Part shown: positions 58,516 to 64,000 of the stretch, one piece after another
How the letters are laid out: every line of letters starts with the position of its first letter
How positions within the stretch are numbered: the first letter of the stretch is position 1
DNA from: a virus
DNA length: 64,000 bases
Virus record (IMG/VR): IMGVR_UViG_3300045988_112739
Direction: 5' to 3' (one strand)
Notes under the pieces: model-generated
Told to the model about the DNA's origin: nothing
Seen by the model: only the letters and a program-made list of their open reading frames with translations
Database searches by the model: none
Position numbers and translations under genes: made by a program

Positions 58516-58807
58516 AGATTTAAATAGTCAATTGATTTCTATTATTACTAAAGCAAAGCAAGAATATCCTAGGTCGTGGACGAAACTTACAGAAGAAGAG
58601 TTTATTTCTAAACAGATACTGAAAACAGAATTTGTTCCACCTAACGAAGCAGAATGGCAAGATGTTCCTAATTTGTACTTTAGTAAACGGTGTTCTAATT
58701 GTCATAGATTTGTGTATTATGATTACTACAAGCATGAAGAAGATACAAAGTGTCCATATAAATATTGTCCATTTTGTGGCAGTTTAATGAAGGGTGATTA
58801 TATATGA
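58505..58807 (+). CDS. zinc-ribbon protein
   Basis: CSNCH…CPYKYCPFCG; GTG start overlapping upstream stop. Confidence 0.5.
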   Translation: MSSKDLNSQLISIITKAKQEYPRSWTKLTEEEFISKQILKTEFVPPNEAEWQDVPNLYFSKRCSNCHRFVYYDYYKHEEDTKCPYKYCPFCGSLMKGDYI

Positions 58808-59187
58808 AGTTTCCATTAATGACGGTTTTGGTTGTCACTGATGAACCTAAGAAATGGGCGAATAATTTGACAAAATTTTTGAATCAAAAGTATGTTATCA
58901 GCAAGCACTATAGGCATTCCACATTTTCTTATGATATACATACACCTTTGTATTGTTTTATGATTACTAGCGATGCAGAACATTTTGCAAGAGCCTATAG
59001 GTTTAACTTTGTGATTTATGACAAACTTGTAGACAAGGATATTAGAAAGCACTTACAAGTTGAGACTAACGATATCTATACAAATCGTTGTTGGATTGAT
59101 TTGGAAAATGAGACGGATTATCCAGTAACAAATTTACATTGGTATCAGAAGTTGTGGTCTAGGATTAAGGGAATATTTAGAGGTTGA
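58804..59187 (+). CDS. hypothetical protein
   Basis: 127 aa, ATGA-type coupling. Confidence 0.55.
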   Translation: MKFPLMTVLVVTDEPKKWANNLTKFLNQKYVISKHYRHSTFSYDIHTPLYCFMITSDAEHFARAYRFNFVIYDKLVDKDIRKHLQVETNDIYTNRCWIDLENETDYPVTNLHWYQKLWSRIKGIFRG

Positions 59188-59307
59188 CAAATGAAGATTG
59201 CTGATTTACAAAAGGCTGTTTATTTAACGTCTTCACATTTGGAAGAATTTACAAGGTGTCATCCAAAGCAGATTGTAGCATCGTGTAATTTATTCTAAGA
59301 TTATTAT

Positions 59308-59341
59308 GCTAGGACTACTTTTCTATAGTCCTAGCATTTTA
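59308..59341 (+). terminator. intrinsic terminator
   Basis: GCTAGGACTA…TAGTCCTAGC stem followed by ATTTT. Confidence 0.7.
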
Positions 59342-59379
59342 CAAAATGACTTGACAAATTGATATATTTGTGATATGAT
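59342..59379 (+). promoter_or_regulatory. sigma-A type promoter (same family)
   Basis: AAAATGACTTGACAAA…TGTGATATGAT: TTGACA 59351-59356, 17-nt spacer, TATGAT 59374-59379. Confidence 0.7.
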
Positions 59380-59408
59380 ATATTCATAAAATATAAGGAG
59401 ATTGGTTT

Positions 59409-59636
59409 ATGGACTTGGATAATATTAAAGATGTCGAAGTATTAAAAACAGAATTAAAGAAGTATATGGTTAAAATAAAAACTCCTATTGAATGTGATAG
59501 TCGTTTTAAAGTAGGACACTGGTATAGATTTAGTCGAGACGAAATTGCTGTTATTGTATATTGTGATGACGAAGATGGTTATTTTACAGCATCACTTAGT
59601 ACTGCGAGGAAGTATTTAGACTTTGGAAACAATTAA
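59409..59636 (+). CDS. hypothetical protein
   Basis: RBS TAAGGAGA; 75 aa. Confidence 0.6.
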   Translation: MDLDNIKDVEVLKTELKKYMVKIKTPIECDSRFKVGHWYRFSRDEIAVIVYCDDEDGYFTASLSTARKYLDFGNN

Positions 59637-59640
59637 TAAA

Positions 59641-60054
59641 ATGAACAAAATGATTTGTCGAGGGAAAGACCTTCGTAGTGAAGTGTGGCATAAAGGTTTT
59701 TATGTTTATTACTATAACGATATAACTAATGAAGATAAAGCATTTATACTAACTTATGATGGCAGTAGTGATGTCACAGGAGATGCGTGGTTTAAATGGC
59801 ATATCGTTGACCCTATAACAGTTGGTCGTTATATTGAGCAGCAAGATGCATATGGAACAGAAATATTCGAAGGTGATATTATTAAATACGATGATTATTA
59901 TGGCGTTGTATTGTTCGATAATGATGATGCACAGTATATGATACGTTTTACTAATGGAGAAAGAGAATATTTCTGTAATATGTGTAGTGCTGACTGTGAA
60001 GTTTGTGGAAATATCTACGATGACCCTGAATGGGAAATTTGGTATGGGAAATAA
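59641..60054 (+). CDS. YopX-family protein
   Basis: …RGKDLRSEVWHKGFYVYY…VGRYIEQQDAYGTEIFEGDIIKYDD…GNIYDDPE matches the YopX pattern. Confidence 0.55.
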   Translation: MNKMICRGKDLRSEVWHKGFYVYYYNDITNEDKAFILTYDGSSDVTGDAWFKWHIVDPITVGRYIEQQDAYGTEIFEGDIIKYDDYYGVVLFDNDDAQYMIRFTNGEREYFCNMCSADCEVCGNIYDDPEWEIWYGK

Positions 60055-60074
60055 ATAAGAAATAAGGAGTACTG

Positions 60075-60347
60075 ATGAGTAATAAGATTGTTTGGAAGCA
60101 TGATGAAGAAAAAGATTATTATGAGCTGATGTTCAACAACGAGCATGTATTAAGGTTCGCAGTTAATACAGATGAGGGTTATTTTTTCTGGGTGTCAGAA
60201 ATGTTGAATGTAGAGTATGAGTGCGGAAATTTTCACAGCATAGAAGAAACTAAGGAAGAATTAGAAGATATATATGAAACTTGGTTAGAAGAACGCAGAG
60301 ACCATTACGATGAGTTATGTGACCTTTGGTATTCGGAAAGAGGATAA
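60075..60347 (+). CDS. hypothetical acidic protein
   Basis: RBS TAAGGAG. Confidence 0.6.
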   Translation: MSNKIVWKHDEEKDYYELMFNNEHVLRFAVNTDEGYFFWVSEMLNVEYECGNFHSIEETKEELEDIYETWLEERRDHYDELCDLWYSERG

Positions 60348-60348
60348 T

Positions 60349-60753
60349 ATGAACATTATTAATAGCAAAATAAAGGCGGTACATCCACATATAATTGCAA
60401 AAAAGACATATAGTAGAGACCTTGGCAAAAATATTAATTATTACGAGATTGAATATTACGATATGTCAGATAATGTATGGCATGAAGGATTTGGGTCTTC
60501 GTGTTTGAGTATGGTTCAAAAGTGGCTTCATGAATATTTTGAAGTGGTTGAAGGAGATATTGCTCCTGTGGCTCGTGGTTCATGGAAAGCAATTTCACAA
60601 AGTGAAATGTTTGGGTCTGATGCATGGATGATAGGTTGCGATTCAGCCGCTACATATATCTGTACCAATTGCGGAAAAGATGCCATATACGATATTGATA
60701 AAGAATTTGTCTTGTCAGACTATTGTCCTAACTGTGGGGCAAAGATGGGGTGA
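60349..60753 (+). CDS. hypothetical protein with C-terminal zinc ribbon
   Basis: CTNCG…CPNCG; ATG 60349 right after upstream stop. Confidence 0.55.
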   Translation: MNIINSKIKAVHPHIIAKKTYSRDLGKNINYYEIEYYDMSDNVWHEGFGSSCLSMVQKWLHEYFEVVEGDIAPVARGSWKAISQSEMFGSDAWMIGCDSAATYICTNCGKDAIYDIDKEFVLSDYCPNCGAKMG

Positions 60754-60757
60754 TAAT

Positions 60758-61189
60758 ATGCCAATAAATGATGATTTATCAATAGAATATCATATTCCAG
60801 AAGATATTAAAAAGAAAATTCCTGAATATTTTTATCAAGCATTTTTTGGGGAATTAATTTCGGTGTTTGGTTTTCAGTGTTTAGTTCCTATAAATAAACG
60901 ACCCAGTTTATATTCAAAGCAAATAGAAGATTACCTAATAAGCATAAGCGAATCGGGTGGTTGGTATGCGGCGTTTAAACAGAGTTGTATTAAACTTGAT
61001 TTGAAATGGTTAATTGAGTATTACGAATCTTTATCATGGTATGACAGCGATTTATTCGACAACGAAATAGTGAATGAAATTATAATTCATTTTGTTAATA
61101 ACAGGCAAACCAACAATTCATATTATAAACATTTGTTTCAAAAAAATGGGTGTAATTTGTTTAGGAGACGTAATGAAAAAGAAATTTAA
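60758..61189 (+). CDS. hypothetical protein
   Basis: GGGGTGA RBS before ATG 60758; the track extension overlaps the previous gene. Confidence 0.55.
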   Translation: MPINDDLSIEYHIPEDIKKKIPEYFYQAFFGELISVFGFQCLVPINKRPSLYSKQIEDYLISISESGGWYAAFKQSCIKLDLKWLIEYYESLSWYDSDLFDNEIVNEIIIHFVNNRQTNNSYYKHLFQKNGCNLFRRRNEKEI

Positions 61190-61394
61190 TGACGTTATAA
61201 ACGGAGATGTCATATATTTTAGTAATATTAAATATATTGTAAGAGACACTCCGATAAAAATTAAAAATACATGGTGGATATTTGTTCAATTATATGAAGC
61301 AAAAGATGATGTATGCACCTATACTAACAGTGGATTAGAGAAAATAAATATCAATGACGAGGTTGAATGTGAGGGGAACATAAATGACATTTAA
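61173..61394 (+). CDS. hypothetical protein
   Basis: AGGAG RBS before ATG 61173. Confidence 0.55.
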   Translation: MKKKFNDVINGDVIYFSNIKYIVRDTPIKIKNTWWIFVQLYEAKDDVCTYTNSGLEKININDEVECEGNINDI

Positions 61395-61842
61395 AATAGA
61401 ACATAGAGATTTGTTTTCCGTTCCCAAAGATTATTCTTTAGTACATTGCATAAGTGCTGATTTTGTTTTAGGAGCAGGAATAGCAAAAGAATTTAATAAG
61501 CGTGGAGTTAAAAACGAATTACTAAGAAGATATGGGGATTATGCAAATAGCTCTGTATGGATAGGCAAAGCATTAGAGACTCATGCAACAGATTGGAACT
61601 GGGAATATAATTTAGTTACGAAAGGACATTATTGGGGTAAACCGAATTATGTTACACTTGAAATGTGTCTTAAAAATCTTAGAGATGTATATGTTAACCA
61701 CAACGAACATTTAGCACCTAAACTTGCAATGCCATGGCTGGGTTGTGGGTTGGATAAGTTAGAAAGATGGAAGGTTGAAGTTCTTATAAAAGATGTGTTT
61801 AAGAATTGTGATGTGGAAATATTAATATGTGATTGGGGTTAA
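61384..61842 (+). CDS. macro-domain (ADP-ribose binding/hydrolase) protein
   Basis: …HRDLFSVPKDYSLVHCISADFVLGAGIAKEF…MPWLGCGLD… follows the macro domain pattern. Confidence 0.55.
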   Translation: MTFKIEHRDLFSVPKDYSLVHCISADFVLGAGIAKEFNKRGVKNELLRRYGDYANSSVWIGKALETHATDWNWEYNLVTKGHYWGKPNYVTLEMCLKNLRDVYVNHNEHLAPKLAMPWLGCGLDKLERWKVEVLIKDVFKNCDVEILICDWG

Positions 61843-61843
61843 T

Positions 61844-62098
61844 ATGAAAGATATCAATGTTAAGACGTTGGACATAAAGCCTTTTGACACGATAGTTGTT
61901 GAATTTAACCCGAATGAAATATCCATCGAAACGTTAAATCAGTATGTGGATATTTTTCGAAATAAATATCCTAAGAATCATATTGTATTCTTGCCAAACT
62001 GTTTAAGCATATCTAGTAGCGAAGGCATAGATACGATAACAAAGTGGATAAAATTAGCAGAAGACGCTATTGATAGGATAAAAACGTCTATTATATGA
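61844..62098 (+). CDS. hypothetical protein
   Basis: 85 aa. Confidence 0.5.
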   Translation: MKDINVKTLDIKPFDTIVVEFNPNEISIETLNQYVDIFRNKYPKNHIVFLPNCLSISSSEGIDTITKWIKLAEDAIDRIKTSII

Positions 62099-62113
62099 AG
62101 GTGTATTTAATAT

Positions 62114-62332
62114 ATGGAATATGAGATAGATGGATATAAAGTGTATTTGTCTTGGAGCGATGAAGATAACAATTTTATTGTAGAAGTACCAGAGCTTTCG
62201 GGCTGTATGTCAGATGGTAAAACTGTAGAAGAAGCTTTGGCAAATACACATATAGTTATAGATGAATGGTTGCAGATAGCATGGGAAGATTATTATTTCG
62301 GTAAATCTAGGGAGAATTATGATAGAACTTAA
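62114..62332 (+). CDS. HicB-like antitoxin-fold protein (no hicA partner seen)
   Basis: …YKVYLSWSDEDNNFIVEVPELSGCMSDGKTVEEALANTHIVIDEWL… typical HicB/UPF0150 N-domain. Confidence 0.6.
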   Translation: MEYEIDGYKVYLSWSDEDNNFIVEVPELSGCMSDGKTVEEALANTHIVIDEWLQIAWEDYYFGKSRENYDRT

Positions 62333-62537
62333 ACAATATCAATGTGAGATTTGCAAAACTGTTTATAAAGATAGAGAAAAATGTTGGAAGTGTGAAAGTT
62401 CACATAAGAAAATAGTTACGGTAGTACCTACGACATACAAGCCATATAAAGATGAAAACAATACAGGTTTTTATCCTAGTAAAATATCGGTTACCTTTAG
62501 TGATGGTAATTCTATTTTTTATCGACCAGATGTGTAA
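62319..62537 (+). CDS. zinc-ribbon protein
   Basis: CEICK…CWKCE. Confidence 0.55.
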   Translation: MIELKQYQCEICKTVYKDREKCWKCESSHKKIVTVVPTTYKPYKDENNTGFYPSKISVTFSDGNSIFYRPDV

Positions 62538-62549
62538 AGGATGGTTTTA

Positions 62550-63104
62550 ATGAATAAGAAGTGTTTGATTGTTAATTTGTTTGGTGCTCCATCTGCTGGG
62601 AAGAGTACTGGTGCGGCATATATATTTGCTAAGTTAAAGATGGCAGGATATAATGCCGAACTTGTAACAGAATTTGCTAAGGATATGTGTTGGGAAGAAA
62701 ACGATATTGCTTTGAGTCCAGATGGGCAAATATATATTTATGGACAACAGTGCTATAGACTTTTAAAGGTCAGAGACAAAGTTGATGTTGTTATTACCGA
62801 TAGCCCTTTATTTCTTAGTATATTCTATAATAAATCATTAGGAGATAGTTTTAAGAGCGTTGTTCTTGATTGTTTTAACTCTTATGATAATGTGAATTTT
62901 TTTCTTGAACGTGCAAAGCCTTATAATCCTACTGGTAGACTCCAAACAGAGGCAGAGAGCGATATTATATGTAATGAAATGAGAAATAAACTGATTGAAA
63001 ATAGTATTCCTTTCGAAGTGTTCAAGGGGAATATAGAGGGATATGACAGTATTTATAATAAAGTAATATCTTTGTTAAGTGCTAGGAGAGAAAGCAATGA
63101 GTAA
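62550..63104 (+). CDS. P-loop ATPase/kinase-like protein
   Basis: Walker A GAPSAGKST; Walker B-like VVITDSP. Confidence 0.6.
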   Translation: MNKKCLIVNLFGAPSAGKSTGAAYIFAKLKMAGYNAELVTEFAKDMCWEENDIALSPDGQIYIYGQQCYRLLKVRDKVDVVITDSPLFLSIFYNKSLGDSFKSVVLDCFNSYDNVNFFLERAKPYNPTGRLQTEAESDIICNEMRNKLIENSIPFEVFKGNIEGYDSIYNKVISLLSARRESNE

Positions 63105-63312
63105 GAAAGTACCTAGAGGTTGCTGTAATTGTTTGTATTCTGCGATATCAAATCCAGATAATATTAAGCATTGTGGTAGAAAGGCTGGATATTCTAAGCC
63201 TGTATCTGATACAGAATGGCATAGAACTAGTTGTAAGAACTGGGAATATGATGGTATATCAGATGGGTTTGATGCAGAAGAAGAATATACTAAGTGGTGT
63301 GAAAGAAACTAG
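63097..63312 (+). CDS. Cys-rich hypothetical protein
   Basis: AGGAGA RBS before ATG 63097. Confidence 0.5.
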   Translation: MSKKVPRGCCNCLYSAISNPDNIKHCGRKAGYSKPVSDTEWHRTSCKNWEYDGISDGFDAEEEYTKWCERN

Positions 63313-63323
63313 GTGACATTGTT

Positions 63324-63575
63324 ATGAGTTCGGAAGATATATATATGATATGTGTATGTATTTTAATTGGATTGTTTATGGCAATTGTTGGAATAAAAAT
63401 AATTATACAGGCAATATTACAAGAGGTGTTTAATTTTAAACATGGATATTGTAGCAAATGTCATCACAAGTTAAAATATGAAAAGTATATTGATAATGTA
63501 TTCTATGGCTGTAGTAAATGTGATAATTTTGTAAAAGTTAAGCATAATGTTATAAAGGAGAACAAATATGAGTAA
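63324..63575 (+). CDS. membrane-anchored zinc-ribbon protein
   Basis: N-terminal TM ICVCILIGLFMAIVGIKIII; CSKCH…CSKCD. Confidence 0.55.
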   Translation: MSSEDIYMICVCILIGLFMAIVGIKIIIQAILQEVFNFKHGYCSKCHHKLKYEKYIDNVFYGCSKCDNFVKVKHNVIKENKYE

Positions 63576-63858
63576 AGAAGTAATATCTAAGTTTGGAACT
63601 GTGAAGCATTGGCTTAATTATTCACAGATAACCGAGATGTCAACTAGATTTTCTAAGTTTGAAGAAAAGTTAATCTTATGTGACATTAAGAATAATACTA
63701 TTGCTAATCCTAAATCAGCACTTAATACCCTTTCACTCCATATAACATCTGGAGATAGAATAGAACTGATTGTTATGGGTGAATGGTTACAGTCTACTAA
63801 GAACACTACAAAGGAAGTTGTTGACTCCCTAAGTGAATATGTAGATTTTGATGAATAA
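63568..63858 (+). CDS. hypothetical protein
   Basis: AAGGAGA RBS; last gene of plus arm. Confidence 0.55.
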   Translation: MSKEVISKFGTVKHWLNYSQITEMSTRFSKFEEKLILCDIKNNTIANPKSALNTLSLHITSGDRIELIVMGEWLQSTKNTTKEVVDSLSEYVDFDE

Positions 63859-63864
63859 AATTTT

Positions 63865-63900
63865 ATCCACTACTTGAAAAATAGTAGTGGATTTTCTTTT
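63865..63900 (+). terminator. intrinsic terminator (bidirectional position)
   Basis: ATCCACTACT…AGTAGTGGAT followed by TTTTCTTTT. Confidence 0.7.
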
Positions 63901-63902
63901 GT

Positions 63903-64000
63903 CTAAAAATAGCTTCCCTTATTCTTAGCCTTATTGTTATAACAAAGTCCCATAGCTCTTACGTTTCTCTTACCCTCATCAAGATACCCACCAATGTTCT
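63903..64000 (-). CDS. partial CDS (C-terminal 32 codons of a convergent minus-strand gene entering from beyond the window)
   Basis: Open frame …NIGGYLDEGKRNVRAMGLCYNNKAKNKGSYF* ending at TAG 63905-63903. Confidence 0.4.
   Translation of the reverse strand, partial: NIGGYLDEGKRNVRAMGLCYNNKAKNKGSYF

Overview
This window is an AT-rich segment of a tailed dsDNA phage or prophage genome. The host is most likely a Firmicute or Clostridia-like bacterium, judging from an agr-type peptide module, a RecU-like resolvase, a holin/amidase lysis cassette and sigma-A type promoters.

An AT-rich, repeat-laden control region at about 54.6-55.2 kb separates two divergent arms.
- Minus-strand arm (54553 down to 1): a YonO/RdRP-like double-psi-beta-barrel RNA polymerase gene comes first. 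Accessory genes follow: PIN-PhoH ATPase, ClpP, HU, tRNA-Tyr, tRNA-Thr, Hsp20, small Cys/Gly/Gln-rich proteins and an AgrB/AgrD-like module. Then come a metallophosphoesterase, terminase, portal, an IS200/IS605-type tnpB insertion, scaffold/capsid and head-tail genes, and the tail tube. After these sit a recombinase/RecU/methylase island, a tape-measure gene of about 2,690 codons, tail-tip genes and the lysis cassette.
- Plus-strand arm (55222-63858): about 27 small early genes, including P-loop kinases, a nucleotidyltransferase, YopX, a macro domain, an orphan HicB and many zinc ribbons.

The dominant unusual property is the intron load. At least ten short (about 250-390 nt), ORF-less group I self-splicing introns interrupt six protein genes: RNA polymerase (3), tape measure (2), tail tube (2), large terminase, a head-tail-region gene and a Gly/Cys-rich gene. 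Several ORF-track proteins are therefore exons with read-through tails. Two intron pairs lie only 6 nt and about 12 nt apart. The first pair sits inside the DxDGD catalytic metal site of the polymerase.

All calls come from reading the sequence. No searches or folding programs were run, and splice junctions are inferred (P1 pairing, terminal G, reading frame).
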